Positions 11,811 to 22,930 of a DNA stretch of 64,000 nt are shown one piece after another. Source of the DNA: an uncultured candidatus Porisulfidus sp. (lineage in GTDB: Bacteria > Pseudomonadota > Gammaproteobacteria > Poriferisulfidales > Poriferisulfidaceae); NCBI GenBank assembly GCA_965199755.1, contig CBDASZ010000001.1, positions 224,001 to 288,000 of the forward strand. Reading direction: 5' to 3'. The position numbers and the translations under genes were made by a program. Each line of letters starts with the position of its first letter. Within the stretch, counting starts at the first letter, position 1. Below the pieces are notes generated by a model that was not told where the DNA came from, ran no database searches, and was given only the letters and a program-made list of their open reading frames with translations.

Positions 11811-12187
11811 CTGGATGTGACCATTGATTATTTCCTCATTACCGTGGACGACCGCATCACAGTGACGACCGAAAGGCCTTTGGATTGCCAACCATACGGT
11901 CCACCAGATTGAGGAGGCGCTTCCCAAACTACGGTTCACACTGAGCGTGGATCATCAGGACGGTCCGTGGCGGACTTTGGGCCGACTGCGCTACTACGGC
12001 AAGCATTTCAACTATCACGCCAATCAATCAGCCTGAGTTCCCGCAGTCCGTGGATGCCCGTTTCCTGTTTGACGTGGATCCCTCGAAGAACGCTTATGCG
12101 TCAATTCTGGGTTCCGAATACCCGGGAAACTCCGTCGTTGATTTCAACGGCGGCTTCTACTACGCCAAGGCCACCTTTGAGTTTTGA
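11811..12187 (+). pseudogene. Remnant of a TonB-dependent receptor C-terminus (internally deleted)
   Basis: Manual translation gives LDVTIDYFLITVDDRIT, IEEALPKLRFTLSVDH..PWRTLGRLRYYG and YPGNSVVDFNGGFYYAKATFEF* (terminal Phe beta-signal). Confidence 0.7.
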
Positions 12188-12199
12188 GCCGACGCTGAT

Positions 12200-12475
12200 C
12201 TAGTCGGTATCAGGGAAGGAGTAATAGCGCGCGTTGAGATACGTGCGCATTACGCTGATTTCCTCGTCATTCCAGGACAATGGCACGCCGCGTTGGCAAT
12301 GATCAATGCGTGCGTGCAACTGTTTTAAATCGCGCACCAGTCCGCGATCACTGCGATAAAGTACCGCGCCCTCGCCGCCGGTGATGCGCGCATGACAGCC
12401 AGCGCAGTGGCTCTGATGTAAACTCTCCGCATCAAACCCGGACGCTCCGGGTGACAACAGCAGCGCTGCGAGCAA
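12200..12475 (-). CDS. Small monoheme cytochrome c (green-heme-protein-like); start uncertain (TTG 12475 or 12508)
   Basis: Hydrophobic signal [18 protein letters not shown], distal Cys in RIDHCQ, C-terminal YLNARYYSF. Confidence 0.75.
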   Translation of the reverse strand: MLAALLLSPGASGFDAESLHQSHCAGCHARITGGEGAVLYRSDRGLVRDLKQLHARIDHCQRGVPLSWNDEEISVMRTYLNARYYSFPDTD

Positions 12476-12491
12476 TATTCCGCACTTAGCT

Positions 12492-13055
12492 ATGCCTTCC
12501 GAACACAACTTGATCTGGCTGGACCTGGAGATGACCGGGCTGGACCCGGATTCAGATCGTATTCTGGAGATCGCCACAGTGGTTACGGATTCAGAGCTGC
12601 GCCCGCTTGCGACCGGCCCGGAACTGGTCATTCATCAGTCGCGGGAATGTCTGGACGCCATGGATGAATGGAATCAGCGCCAGCATGGCGGCTCCGGCCT
12701 GATCGAGGCGGTGCTGCAGTCGCAGTGCAGTGAGACGGATGCGCAGCAGCAAACCCTGGAGTTTCTGCGCCAGCATGTCCCCGCTGGTGCCTCGCCGATG
12801 TGTGGCAACAGCATTTGCATGGATCGGCGTTTTCTGGTGCGCTGGATGCCGGAGTTGGCGCAATATTTTCATTATCGCAACCTTGATGTCAGTACGCTCA
12901 AGGAGCTGACGCACCGCTGGGCCCCAGCGCTGGCGGAGGCCATGCCGCCGAAAGGACAGTCGCATCGAGCGTTGCAGGACATTGAAGATTCAATTCGCGA
13001 ACTGGAGTATTACCGCCGGCATTTTATGGCTTCGGCTTACGCCGGCAATTCCTGA
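12492..13055 (+). CDS. orn: Oligoribonuclease
   Basis: [41 protein letters not shown]. Confidence 0.98.
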   Translation: MPSEHNLIWLDLEMTGLDPDSDRILEIATVVTDSELRPLATGPELVIHQSRECLDAMDEWNQRQHGGSGLIEAVLQSQCSETDAQQQTLEFLRQHVPAGASPMCGNSICMDRRFLVRWMPELAQYFHYRNLDVSTLKELTHRWAPALAEAMPPKGQSHRALQDIEDSIRELEYYRRHFMASAYAGNS

Positions 13056-14641
13056 GACGTCTTCTCAGGGTGCAGCACTGTGTCTTGCGGGGTCGCTCGT
13101 GTTTCATCCTTGCCGGGGAAATCCAGCGTGTAATGCAGTCCACGGCTTTCGTGCCGTGCCAATGCGCAGCGGATAATCAATTCCGCGATCTGGGCCAGAT
13201 TGCGCAGTTCAATCAAATCGCGTGTGACCCGGAAGTCCCGGTAGTACTCATCGATTTCTTCTTGCAGCATGGTGCAGCGGCGTTGCGCGCGCTCCAACCG
13301 TTTGGTGGTGCGCACAATGCCGACGTAATCCCACATAAACCGGCGCAGTTCGTCCCAGTTGTGTGATACCACCACCTCTTCATCAGAGTCCGACACCTGA
13401 CTCTCGTCCCATGGCACAACTTCGGGCGGAGGGGTCGCTGTATCCAGAGCCGCATTGATATGGTGGCTGGCGGCATGACCGAACACCAGGCATTCCAGCA
13501 GGGAGTTGCTGGCCATGCGGTTGGCACCATGCAGTCCGGTATGCGCAATCTCTCCGATGGCGTACAGCCCCGGGAGATCGGTGCAGCCGTCCAGATCGGT
13601 GACTACGCCGCCACAGGTGTAATGGGCAGCCGGCACCACCGGGATCGGCTGGCGGGTAATGTCAATGTCGTATTCCAGACAGCGCGCGTACGCATTGGGG
13701 AATGATTGCCGGATGGTCGCGGAGGGCTCATGGCTGATGTCCAGATGCACGTAATCCAGTCCCAGCCGCTTCATTTCATAGTCGATGGCACGGGCCACGA
13801 TGTCGCGTGGTGCCAGAGCGCCGCGTTCATCGAAGCGGTGCATGAACTCATCGCCGCTGGGTAGCCGCAGCCGCGCGCCTTCGCCGCGCAGCGCCTCCGT
13901 CACCAGAAACGAACGGGCCCGATGGTCGTACAGGCAGGTCGGGTGAAACTGAATGAATTCCATGTTGGCGACGCGTACGCCAGCGCGCCAGGCCATGGCC
14001 AGACCATCGCCGGAGGAGGTATCCGGGTTGGAGGTGTAGAGGTAGACCTTGCTGCAGCCGCCGGTGGCCAGCACCACGCAACGGGCACGAAAGGTGTCAA
14101 TCGAGCCGGTATGGGTGTTTTTGCCATAAAACCCGACACAGCGACGTTCTCCGGCCTGTTCCGAGACAATCAGATCAATCGCAATGCGGTGGCTCATCAG
14201 TCGGATATTGGAGCGCTGGGCGACCTGGGCCAGCAGCGATTCCTGGATACTGCGTCCGGTGTGGTCGGCGACGTGCGCGACCCGGCGCTGCGTATGTCCG
14301 CCTTCTTTGGTCAGGTGCAGTTGCCCGGATGGCGGATAAGGTGTGAAGTCGACGCCTTGACGTTGCAGCCAGTGGATCATGTCGCGGCCCCGGTCGGCGA
14401 CATGCTGCACCACCGCTTTCTGGCACAAACCATCTCCGGAATCCAGAGTGTCCGCGACATGCGTCTCAATACTGTCGGAGTCGCCGAGCACCGCGGCAAT
14501 GCCGCCTTGCGCGTACGCGGTGGAACTCTCGAACGGGTTTTCCTTGCACAAAACGGTGATGCGCAAGGAGGGATCCAGTTCAAGCGCAGTGCACAGACCA
14601 GCAGCACCCGCTCCCAAAATCAGAACATCAGTGTCGTACAT
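13037..14641 (-). CDS. nadB: L-aspartate oxidase
   Basis: [38 protein letters not shown]; divergent from rpoE. Confidence 0.98.
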   Translation of the reverse strand: MYDTDVLILGAGAAGLCTALELDPSLRITVLCKENPFESSTAYAQGGIAAVLGDSDSIETHVADTLDSGDGLCQKAVVQHVADRGRDMIHWLQRQGVDFTPYPPSGQLHLTKEGGHTQRRVAHVADHTGRSIQESLLAQVAQRSNIRLMSHRIAIDLIVSEQAGERRCVGFYGKNTHTGSIDTFRARCVVLATGGCSKVYLYTSNPDTSSGDGLAMAWRAGVRVANMEFIQFHPTCLYDHRARSFLVTEALRGEGARLRLPSGDEFMHRFDERGALAPRDIVARAIDYEMKRLGLDYVHLDISHEPSATIRQSFPNAYARCLEYDIDITRQPIPVVPAAHYTCGGVVTDLDGCTDLPGLYAIGEIAHTGLHGANRMASNSLLECLVFGHAASHHINAALDTATPPPEVVPWDESQVSDSDEEVVVSHNWDELRRFMWDYVGIVRTTKRLERAQRRCTMLQEEIDEYYRDFRVTRDLIELRNLAQIAELIIRCALARHESRGLHYTLDFPGKDETRATPQDTVLHPEKTSQELPA

Positions 14642-14760
14642 GAGGCAAATTATGTCCCAAAACCCGCAAGTGGACAATCACCCTGTGCTGGTAGGGCGCA
14701 TTCGGTGCGTGCCTGATGCGGTCGCGGCACGCAAACCTTTATAATGTGAGCGACCCTCTG

Positions 14761-14788
14761 GGAACTTGCATGACTAGTTCGGGTCTTA
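14761..14788 (+). promoter_or_regulatory. Sigma-E-dependent autoregulatory promoter of rpoE
   Basis: GGAACTT-N16-TCTTA matches the RpoE/AlgU consensus, 44 nt upstream of the rpoE ATG. Confidence 0.75.
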
Positions 14789-14832
14789 CCTCAAGATGCG
14801 ACGAACAAGGCAGTCAGAGAACGGCCAGACTA

Positions 14833-15405
14833 ATGAGCGACAAGAGTGACCGGGTACTGGTTCGCCGCGCCAAAGCCGGAGAGATCAATGCCTTTGATGT
14901 ATTGGTCGAAAAATACCAAAATCGCATCCTGCACCTGGCGGCGCGCTATGTCTCCGATCAGGCCGCAGTGCACGACATTGCTCAGGAAACCTTTATCAGC
15001 GCGTGGCGCGGTCTGGGCGGTTTCCATGGTCGCAGCCAGTTTTACACCTGGCTGTTCCGCATCGCCGTCAACACCTCCAAGAATTATCTGGCGAAGCAGC
15101 GCCGCAGAAAAGAGCAGCCGCTTCCGGGAGACGAGGAAGACGGGCCATCCTTGGAGGAGTCGCTGCCGGATTACAGCACGCCCCTGCAGGAGGTGGAAGC
15201 GGCCGATATTGAAGCGGCAGTGAACAAAGCCATCTCTGAATTGTCAGAAGAATTGCGCGTCGCTATCACGCTGCGGGAATTGGAATTGATGAGTTACGAC
15301 GAAATCGCCTACATCATGAAGTGCCCGGTGGGTACTGTGCGGTCACGGATTTTCCGGGCGCGCGAGGTGATTGATGAGAAAATTCGACCTCTGCTGGAAG
15401 CATGA
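14833..15405 (+). CDS. rpoE: ECF sigma factor RpoE (sigma-24/AlgU)
   Basis: SQFYTWLFRIAVN, SYDEIA.IM.CPVGTVRSRIFRARE; nadB-rpoE-rse synteny. Confidence 0.96.
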   Translation: MSDKSDRVLVRRAKAGEINAFDVLVEKYQNRILHLAARYVSDQAAVHDIAQETFISAWRGLGGFHGRSQFYTWLFRIAVNTSKNYLAKQRRRKEQPLPGDEEDGPSLEESLPDYSTPLQEVEAADIEAAVNKAISELSEELRVAITLRELELMSYDEIAYIMKCPVGTVRSRIFRAREVIDEKIRPLLEA

Positions 15406-15977
15406 GATTCGAGGAGGAAGCCCCCATGAAGGAAATGCCTGAAAAAGAAATGCCAGACGAGTGGATTTCCGCATATCTGGACGATGAAATGTCGCCGCTG
15501 CAGCGCCATCGTGGCGTGCAGGAATTATGCCGCGACCAGGACGCACGTGATCGCCTCGGACGCTACCAGTTGATCGGCGACGCCATTCGCTACGATTTGC
15601 CGGAACATCTGGAGCCGCGCTTCGCAATGCAGATGCGCGATGCGGTGAAAGCGGAGGTGGCGCAGTCGCATGAACCGCCGCACTGGAGTATTGAGCGCTT
15701 CTTCTACTGGATTTTGCATCCGGGCCCGAAAGTGGCGTTCGCCAGCGTCGCCGCCGTCGCACTGATGGTAGGGCTGTGGGGAATGGCCGGATTGCTGGAG
15801 GAAAGCAAGCAGATGACGGCGTACACCACTACCATCGTGGAGCCGGAACTGGTGCACAGTAAAGATGTCATCAAGGAACATCATCGCGCCGTACAGTTGT
15901 ATCTGGCAACGCATGCCGAATACGCCGCGCCGCAGGCGATGTTGCCGTACCTGCAATTGGTGGACTATGGAGACTAA
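15402..15977 (+). CDS. rseA: Anti-sigma-E factor RseA/MucA
   Basis: EWISAYLDDE...RYQLIGDAIR N-domain, single TM, YLATHAE C-terminus. Confidence 0.88.
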   Translation: MRFEEEAPMKEMPEKEMPDEWISAYLDDEMSPLQRHRGVQELCRDQDARDRLGRYQLIGDAIRYDLPEHLEPRFAMQMRDAVKAEVAQSHEPPHWSIERFFYWILHPGPKVAFASVAAVALMVGLWGMAGLLEESKQMTAYTTTIVEPELVHSKDVIKEHHRAVQLYLATHAEYAAPQAMLPYLQLVDYGD

Positions 15978-16941
15978 GGTCCTGTACGCGGGACTGCTCG
16001 GGATCGCTCTGGCGATGCCGGCGGCGGCCGATGAAGCTCTGGTCGCATGGGTGGAGCGGGCGCAAGAGGCATCGCAACGCGCCAACTATAGCGGCACACT
16101 GGCCTTGATGCGCGGCGAGAAATTGCGCGTGCTGGAAGTCCGTCAAGGCTTTGACGGCGAACGCCGCATGCGCTACCTGCGCTCGGTGTCCGGCCCGCAA
16201 ATCGAATTCTTGAGATTGGGCACCGCCAGCCGCGTGGTGTACCCAACCCACAAACTGGTGATTCAGGGTGTTGGGGCCGGCGGGCCTGCCGGCGCGGTTC
16301 TGGCGCGACTCGATGAGAGCATGCAACACGTGCCGGAGCACTACGAACTGCACGACCAAGGCGTCGAGCAGGTGGCCGGGCGCAACTGCCGCCACGTGCG
16401 TTTTATGCCGCGCGATCACTATCGCTATGGCTGTGATTTGTGCGTCGATCAACTGTCCGGTTTGTTGCTGCAGGCGCGCGTGCTGTCGCCGGAGGGTGAG
16501 ATGCTGGAGCAGTTCTCGTTTACGTCCATGGAACTGCATGAGGCGTTTTCAGACTTTTCCTCCGAAAGTTTCAAGTTGCGAACCGACATGAGAGGCTTTG
16601 CGCGCAAACAGTTGCCGCATGACGCGCAGCCGGCCAGCGCGCAATGGCAGGTGCAGGAGATGCCGCCAGGCTTTGCGGTTCGCCAGACCATGGCGCGCAA
16701 GCGAGGCGAGGACGAGCAGCCGATGCTGCACATGGTAGTGTCGGACGCGCTGTCCCGGGTGTCAGTGTTCATCGAAGGCGTGCCTGTGCACCTTCCGATC
16801 AGCCGGGCGCGGGAGCACTTCATTCGCCACGCGCATCACGGCTATATGACGACGCGCGACGGTTATCTCATCACTGTAGTTGGCAATGCGCCCTTCGAGA
16901 CGGTGCGAATGATCGCGGACTCCCTGAGGCGGAATCCATGA
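15967..16941 (+). CDS. rseB: Sigma-E regulator RseB/MucB
   Basis: Signal peptide, NYSG, VAGR.C, PRDHYRYG, SDALSRVSVFIE. Confidence 0.9.
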   Translation: METKVLYAGLLGIALAMPAAADEALVAWVERAQEASQRANYSGTLALMRGEKLRVLEVRQGFDGERRMRYLRSVSGPQIEFLRLGTASRVVYPTHKLVIQGVGAGGPAGAVLARLDESMQHVPEHYELHDQGVEQVAGRNCRHVRFMPRDHYRYGCDLCVDQLSGLLLQARVLSPEGEMLEQFSFTSMELHEAFSDFSSESFKLRTDMRGFARKQLPHDAQPASAQWQVQEMPPGFAVRQTMARKRGEDEQPMLHMVVSDALSRVSVFIEGVPVHLPISRAREHFIRHAHHGYMTTRDGYLITVVGNAPFETVRMIADSLRRNP

Positions 16942-18389
16942 ATACCAGGCGGGTGTCTCATGCCCGCGGCACGCGACTCCTGGTAGCAGGATTCGCGGGA
17001 ACCTTTCTGGCGCTCTCGGCGACTTCCGCGACAGCGCGGGATCTGCCGGATTTCAGCGAGCTGATTGAGAGGCACGCGCCAGTGGTGGTCAACATCACCA
17101 CGTTTGAAGCCGCCAAGGATTCACAGAAAAGCGAGCGCGCGCAGCCAGATAATCTGCCAGAGGATATGCCGGACTTCTTTCGGAGATTCTTCGAGCAGAT
17201 GCCGAACCAGCCCCGGTCGCCGCGCCCGCGTTCAGGTACCGGATCAGGACTAATCTACTCGGAAGACGGCTACATAGTGACCAACCACCACGTGGTGGAC
17301 GGCGCGGACAAAGTCATTGTCAAATTAAGCGATCGGCGTGAGTTCACCGCCGAACGAGTGGGGTCCGATCCACGCAGCGATCTGGCCCTGCTGAAGATTG
17401 ACGCCAGTGGCCTCCCCACAGCGCGGCTCGGCAACTCGGAACAGTTGAAAGTCGGACAGTGGGTGTTGGCGATCGGCTCGCCGTTTGGATTCGAGCATTC
17501 AGCCACGGTGGGCATTGTCAGCGCCAAGGGCCGCAGCCTGCCGAGCGAAAACTACATCCCGTTTATCCAGACCGACGTGGCCATCAATCCGGGCAATTCC
17601 GGCGGGCCGCTGTTTGACCTGGACGGCAATGTGGTGGGCATCAACGCGCAGATCTACACCCGCACCGGCGGTTTCATGGGCCTGTCTTTTGCGATCCCGA
17701 TCGATATTGTGTCGGAGGTAATCGCACAGATCCGTGCGGAAGGGCGCGTCGCGCGCGGCTGGCTCGGCGTATACATTCAGGAAATCACGCGCGATCTGGC
17801 CCAATCCTTTGGTATGGACCACCCGATGGGCGCGCTGGTCTCTTCCATTACAGAAGACAGCCCCGCGGCGGATTCCGACCTTGAGGTCGGTGACATTATT
17901 GTCGAGTTCGAAGGGCGCGAGGTAGAAAGTTCCAATACCTTGCCGCCAATGGTGGGGCAGACCCAGCCGGGCAAGGAAGTCACCCTGAAAGTGTTGCGTG
18001 GCGGTGAGTACAAGAACATTAAAGTGACGCTTGGCGAATTGCCGGATAGCGAGCAGGGGATGGCGGCACCGGGATCTGATGATGAGGACAGCGATGCCCT
18101 CGATGACCTGGGCATGACGCTGGGCGAATTGACCGCCGAAGAGCGCAAACGCTTTGAGGATGGCGGCGTGCGGGTGCGGGAAGTCACCGGAGACCCGGCG
18201 CGTTCCGCAGGCATTTTGCGCGGCGATGTCATCCAGATGTTTGCCGGCAAGAAGATCGAGAATCTGGAGGGTTTTCGTGCCGCGGTCAAGGACATGGAAA
18301 TCGACCGTCCGCAACCGGTTCTGGTGTTGCGATCGCAGGGACCGCGCTGGCTGGCGCTGCCACCGACCCCTGAGTCATCTGACGAATAG
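16938..18389 (+). CDS. degP: DegP/MucD periplasmic serine endoprotease with two PDZ domains
   Basis: TNHHVV, QTDVAINPGNSGGPL, RGWLGV. Confidence 0.93.
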   Translation: MNTRRVSHARGTRLLVAGFAGTFLALSATSATARDLPDFSELIERHAPVVVNITTFEAAKDSQKSERAQPDNLPEDMPDFFRRFFEQMPNQPRSPRPRSGTGSGLIYSEDGYIVTNHHVVDGADKVIVKLSDRREFTAERVGSDPRSDLALLKIDASGLPTARLGNSEQLKVGQWVLAIGSPFGFEHSATVGIVSAKGRSLPSENYIPFIQTDVAINPGNSGGPLFDLDGNVVGINAQIYTRTGGFMGLSFAIPIDIVSEVIAQIRAEGRVARGWLGVYIQEITRDLAQSFGMDHPMGALVSSITEDSPAADSDLEVGDIIVEFEGREVESSNTLPPMVGQTQPGKEVTLKVLRGGEYKNIKVTLGELPDSEQGMAAPGSDDEDSDALDDLGMTLGELTAEERKRFEDGGVRVREVTGDPARSAGILRGDVIQMFAGKKIENLEGFRAAVKDMEIDRPQPVLVLRSQGPRWLALPPTPESSDE

Positions 18390-18392
18390 ATC

Positions 18393-20201
18393 GTGCCTGA
18401 AACGTCTGCGCAAAGTCGCATTCGCAACTTTGCCATCATCGCCCACATCGATCACGGAAAGTCTACGCTGGCGGACCGCTTCATCGAGTTGTGTGGCGCG
18501 GTGTCCGCGCGCGAGATGAGCAGCCAGGTGCTGGACGACATGGAGTTGGAGCGGGAACGCGGCATCACTATCAAGGCGCGCAGCGTCGCGCTGGACTATC
18601 AGGCTGAAGATGGCGAGAGCTACCGGCTGAATCTGATTGACACCCCCGGCCACGTTGACTTCTCTTATGAGGTGTCGCGCTCGCTCGCTGCATGTGAGGG
18701 AGGATTGCTGGTGGTCGATGCCTCACAGGGTGTGGAAGCGCAGACTTTGGCGAATTGCTACAGTGCGCTGGAACAGGACCTCGTGATTGTTCCAGTGCTC
18801 AACAAAATGGATCTACCGCAGGCGGATGCCGAGCGCGTGTGCGGGGAGATTGAAGAGATTATCGGGCTGCCGGCCGATGACGCCATTGCGATCAGCGCCA
18901 AAACAGGCGAGGGAGTCCCGGGTGTTCTGGAACGTCTGGTGCAGGAGATTCCGCCGCCGCAGGGCGATCCCGACGGGCCTCTGCAGGCATTGATTATCGA
19001 TTCCTGGTTCGACAGCTACATTGGCGTGGTGTCTTTGGTGCGCGTGTTCTCAGGACGCCTCAAGGCCGGCGCTCGCGTGACCGTCATGTCCACCGGGCAG
19101 AGTTATCGTGTGGAATCGCTGGGTTGGTACGCCCCGCAGGCGCACAAAACCGACGAACTGCAATGCGGACAGGTCGGGTTCGTGGTGGCTGGAATCCGGG
19201 ATATTGAGGGCGCTCCGGTGGGCGACACATTGACGCATGATCGGCGCGGCGCGGAGGAGGCGCTGGCCGGCTTTCAAGTGGTGCAGCCGAAAGTGTTCGC
19301 GGGGCTGTTTCCGGTCAATTCGGATGATTATGAGCAGTTGCGCGACGCACTGGGCAAACTGCGGCTCAATGACGCGGCGTTCAGTTACGAGCCGGAGACC
19401 TCAAAAGCACTGGGCTTCGGATTTCGCTGCGGCTTTCTGGGACTGCTGCACATGGAAATCGTGCAGGAGCGTCTGGAGCGGGAGTATCGGTTGAACCTGC
19501 TGTCGACGGCACCGACCGTGGCGTGCCAGGTGGAACGGGCGGACGGCGAGGTGCTGGAGACCGGTAATCCGAGCCAGTTGCCGGAGTCGCATGAAATTGC
19601 CGAGATTCGAGAACCTTATATTGAGGCCAACATTCTCGTACCGCAGGATCATGTCGGCGCGGTCATCACCTTGTGCGAGGAACGGCGCGGCCGGCAGAAA
19701 CGCCTGCACTACGTTCACAATCAGGTGAGCCTGATGTACCATTTGCCATTGTCCGAGACCGTAACGGACTTCTATGACCGGCTGAAGTCAGTCAGCCGCG
19801 GTTATGCATCTTTTGACTATCAGTTATCGCACTTCGAGGCGGCACCGCTGGTGCGGCTGGATCTGTTGATTAATGGCGAGCGCGTAGATGCATTATCAGT
19901 AATTGTACATCAGTCCCGCGCCATGGCGCTTGGGCGAGACCTGACGCAGCGCATGAAAGACCTGATTCCGCGACAGATGTTTGACGTCGCTATCCAGGCG
20001 GCGATCGGATCACGCATTATCGCGCGCACCACTACCAAGGCTCTGCGCAAGAACGTGACGGCCAAATGCTATGGCGGCGACGTGACGCGCAAGCGCAAAT
20101 TGCTGGAGAAACAGAAGGCCGGCAAGAAACGAATGAAGCGCGTCGGCAATGTGGACATTCCACAGGAAGCGTTTATGGCTATTCTGAAGACCGACTCATG
20201 A
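18393..20201 (+). CDS. lepA: Translation elongation factor 4
   Basis: [32 protein letters not shown]. Confidence 0.99.
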   Translation: MPETSAQSRIRNFAIIAHIDHGKSTLADRFIELCGAVSAREMSSQVLDDMELERERGITIKARSVALDYQAEDGESYRLNLIDTPGHVDFSYEVSRSLAACEGGLLVVDASQGVEAQTLANCYSALEQDLVIVPVLNKMDLPQADAERVCGEIEEIIGLPADDAIAISAKTGEGVPGVLERLVQEIPPPQGDPDGPLQALIIDSWFDSYIGVVSLVRVFSGRLKAGARVTVMSTGQSYRVESLGWYAPQAHKTDELQCGQVGFVVAGIRDIEGAPVGDTLTHDRRGAEEALAGFQVVQPKVFAGLFPVNSDDYEQLRDALGKLRLNDAAFSYEPETSKALGFGFRCGFLGLLHMEIVQERLEREYRLNLLSTAPTVACQVERADGEVLETGNPSQLPESHEIAEIREPYIEANILVPQDHVGAVITLCEERRGRQKRLHYVHNQVSLMYHLPLSETVTDFYDRLKSVSRGYASFDYQLSHFEAAPLVRLDLLINGERVDALSVIVHQSRAMALGRDLTQRMKDLIPRQMFDVAIQAAIGSRIIARTTTKALRKNVTAKCYGGDVTRKRKLLEKQKAGKKRMKRVGNVDIPQEAFMAILKTDS

Positions 20202-21106
20202 AGTGGCTTGCAGGTACGGCGCTGGCGCTGCTGTTGGCGCAGTCGGCGGTCGCGCAGATTCTGACGGTAACCATGCTGGGCACCGGTACGCCGCGCCCGG
20301 ACGCTGAACGCTTCAGCGCTGCGGTACTGGTGGAGACCTCCGAGGGAGATCAATTGCTGTTTGACGCAGGTCGCGGCGCCGTATTGCGGATGCAGCAGTT
20401 GGCGATGTCGACCGATGAGTTGGATCATATCTTCATCACGCACTTGCATTTCGACCATGTAGTGGGACTCGACGATGTGTGGTTGGTGGCGCGGCTGTGG
20501 CAGCGCAAGGAACCGTTGCCGGTGTCTGGCCCGACCGGTACGCAAGTGTTGACCGAGCATTTGAGGCAGGCGTATATACGCGACCATGAGGTGCGATACC
20601 GTCAAAGTGGCCTGCCGCTGGAGACGGGAGATCTGGCAGGCGCGGATATTGAGCCGGGGGTGATTTATACGCGAGGCGACTTGCGCGTGACCGCGTTTGC
20701 AGTTGATCACGGGCACGCCAAGCCGGCATTCGGTTATCGGGTGGATTATGGAGAGCACAGCGTGGTGATTTCTGGCGATACGACATATTCGGAGAATCTG
20801 CTGCGTCATGCGCAGGATGCGGATGTGCTTATCCATGAAGTGGCGATGGCGAGTGAGAAGATTCTGGCGCAGAATCCGCGCCTGCAAAAAGTCATGGCCT
20901 ATCACAGCACGCCACAGCAGGTCGCAAAAGTCCTGAGTAAAACTCAGCCGCGGCTGGCGCTGCTGACGCATATGCTGCGTTACGGAGTGAGTGAAGGTCA
21001 AGTACTGCAGGCGGTTCAAGAGGGGTATTCGGGGGATGTACGGCTCGGACAAGACCTGATGGCTGTGGATATTGGTGAGTTCGTGTATGTGTATCAGCGT
21101 CGCTGA
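20198..21106 (+). CDS. Exported MBL-fold hydrolase (RNase Z/AtsA-like)
   Basis: Signal peptide, LGTGTP, THLHFDH, SGDT, HE, YHST, LTH. Confidence 0.85.
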   Translation: MKWLAGTALALLLAQSAVAQILTVTMLGTGTPRPDAERFSAAVLVETSEGDQLLFDAGRGAVLRMQQLAMSTDELDHIFITHLHFDHVVGLDDVWLVARLWQRKEPLPVSGPTGTQVLTEHLRQAYIRDHEVRYRQSGLPLETGDLAGADIEPGVIYTRGDLRVTAFAVDHGHAKPAFGYRVDYGEHSVVISGDTTYSENLLRHAQDADVLIHEVAMASEKILAQNPRLQKVMAYHSTPQQVAKVLSKTQPRLALLTHMLRYGVSEGQVLQAVQEGYSGDVRLGQDLMAVDIGEFVYVYQRR

Positions 21107-21155
21107 CGTGGGCGTGCGGTGTAGAATGTGAGGGGTTTATCTTTAGGGCACCAAA

Positions 21156-21539
21156 ATGGGTTGGGAAGACAAAGGCAACGACGACGTCTACAGTGACGAA
21201 GAAATTGAAGCGCGGCTGAAAGAGGAATTGCCGGAGTGGTATCTCGAATCCGGCTGGATCCGTCGCAAATACCGCACGGAAAGCTGGAAGGGCACGCTAA
21301 TGGCGGTCACCACGATCGGACATTTGGCCGAACAGGCGTGGCATCATCCGGATCTGACTGTCTCTTATGCGTTTTTGATCGTGAAGTTGACCACGCACTC
21401 ACAGAAAGGGGTCACCAACCGGGATTTCGAGCTCGCCGCGCGCATTGAAGAGACCTTGATGTGGCGTCCTTCGGAAGGTTCGGCGCTGGAGGGTACGCCC
21501 TCAGACCCCCGGTTTGCCTATATTCGCCACAGCGAGTGA
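21156..21539 (+). CDS. Pterin-4-alpha-carbinolamine dehydratase family protein
   Basis: AE.AWHHPDL, LTTHS.KGVT.RDFELA. Confidence 0.88.
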   Translation: MGWEDKGNDDVYSDEEIEARLKEELPEWYLESGWIRRKYRTESWKGTLMAVTTIGHLAEQAWHHPDLTVSYAFLIVKLTTHSQKGVTNRDFELAARIEETLMWRPSEGSALEGTPSDPRFAYIRHSE

Positions 21540-22136
21540 TCAAAGGGCGCCGTCAGGACGCTCCAAATAACCACGCAGGTGCTCGCGCACCTCTTCCAGT
21601 CCGGTCTTGGTACGCGCCGAGACCAGATCGGCGGGGACGCCGCATTCCTGTTGCACCGCACGCTGTGCCTGCATAGCCTTGCTCCGCGACAACTTGTCAG
21701 CCTTGTTGAGCAGAAGATGCACGGGCAATTCTTGGCTGGCGCACCACTCCAGCAGCAGCTGGTCGCTGTCGCGCAGAGGGCGGCGGATGTCCATAATCAG
21801 CATGAGGCGCATCAGGCTTTGCCGATGCGTCAGATAGCCTTCGACCATCTTTTCCCAGCCCGCGCGCGCATCGCGCGACACTTTCGCAAACCCGTAGCCT
21901 GGCAAATCCACCAGCCGTTTCCCTTCCTCAATCTCGAAGAAATGCAGCAAACGCGTACGGCCCGGATCAGAACTGGTGCGTGCGATGCCGCGTCGCTCGC
22001 ACAGGGCATTGATCAGGCTGGACTTGCCAACATTTGAGCGACCGGCGAACGCGACCTCCGCGCCGTGATCCGGCGGGCAGTCTCGCAGTCGGGGGTGGCC
22101 GGACATATAGGTGATCCGGCGCAGATCCAGGCTCAT
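21540..22136 (-). CDS. engB: Ribosome biogenesis GTPase YihA/YsxC
   Basis: AGRSNVGKSSLIN, PGRT, DLPGYG, NKADK. Confidence 0.96.
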   Translation of the reverse strand: MSLDLRRITYMSGHPRLRDCPPDHGAEVAFAGRSNVGKSSLINALCERRGIARTSSDPGRTRLLHFFEIEEGKRLVDLPGYGFAKVSRDARAGWEKMVEGYLTHRQSLMRLMLIMDIRRPLRDSDQLLLEWCASQELPVHLLLNKADKLSRSKAMQAQRAVQQECGVPADLVSARTKTGLEEVREHLRGYLERPDGAL

Positions 22137-22303
22137 GCTTATCCTGTGGATTGGGTGGGGGGTGTCCCATTTTAAGGGCAGCTTGGCATTCCCGTCTCGC
22201 ACGTGCACTGTTTCGTTCTAGCACCTCAAAAGATCGGTTTGCGAGCGGTACGCTGTATAATTGTCCGCTCATTCAGGACGGTCTACACCTGCTTTTCTGA
22301 CTC

Positions 22304-22930
22304 ATGGCACCGCGTCACGTTTTCGTGCTGTTCGCACTTGGCATGTTGCCGGGTTCTTTGGCCGTTGCCGAAGGAGACCCTGTCAAGGGTCAGGAACTTT
22401 CGGTGACCTGCGCCGCCTGTCATGGGCCTGAGGGTAAAAGTATCAACCCGGAATGGCCAAGTCTGGCGGGCCAAAGCGCGTACTACATGATCACCCAGTT
22501 GAACCGCTTCAAGTCTGGAGAGCGTTACCATGAGATCATGGGCCCACAGGCAATGTTGCTGTCAGAACAGGACATTCATGATGTGTCGGTGTACTACTCG
22601 ATGCAGACACCGAAGATCGGGACTGCTCAGGGCGACGAGAAAACTCTCGAACTTGGGGAACTCATCTACCGGGGAGGGCTGGTGTCGCGCAACTTGCCGG
22701 CTTGTATGTCCTGTCATGGTCCGAGTGGCTCCGGGAATGATCCGGCAGGGTTTCCGATGCTGTCCGGCCAGCATGCGAACTACACGATCCAGCAACTGAA
22801 GATTTTCCGCGAGGGGTATCGTCCGCACAAGGATCACACCCGCCAGAATCCCATGATGAACTCAATCGCTGCAGACATGACGGATGCGGAAATTGAAGCG
22901 GTTGCGCACTACATTTCAGGCTTGTATTGA
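22304..22930 (+). CDS. Diheme cytochrome c4
   Basis: Signal peptide, CAACH and CMSCH; engB/c4/dsbA synteny. Confidence 0.92.
   Translation: MAPRHVFVLFALGMLPGSLAVAEGDPVKGQELSVTCAACHGPEGKSINPEWPSLAGQSAYYMITQLNRFKSGERYHEIMGPQAMLLSEQDIHDVSVYYSMQTPKIGTAQGDEKTLELGELIYRGGLVSRNLPACMSCHGPSGSGNDPAGFPMLSGQHANYTIQQLKIFREGYRPHKDHTRQNPMMNSIAADMTDAEIEAVAHYISGLY

Noticed and set aside
21156-21539. Carboxysome-associated acRAF Rubisco assembly factor
   Set aside because: The catalytic HHPD motif is retained and there are no carboxysome genes nearby
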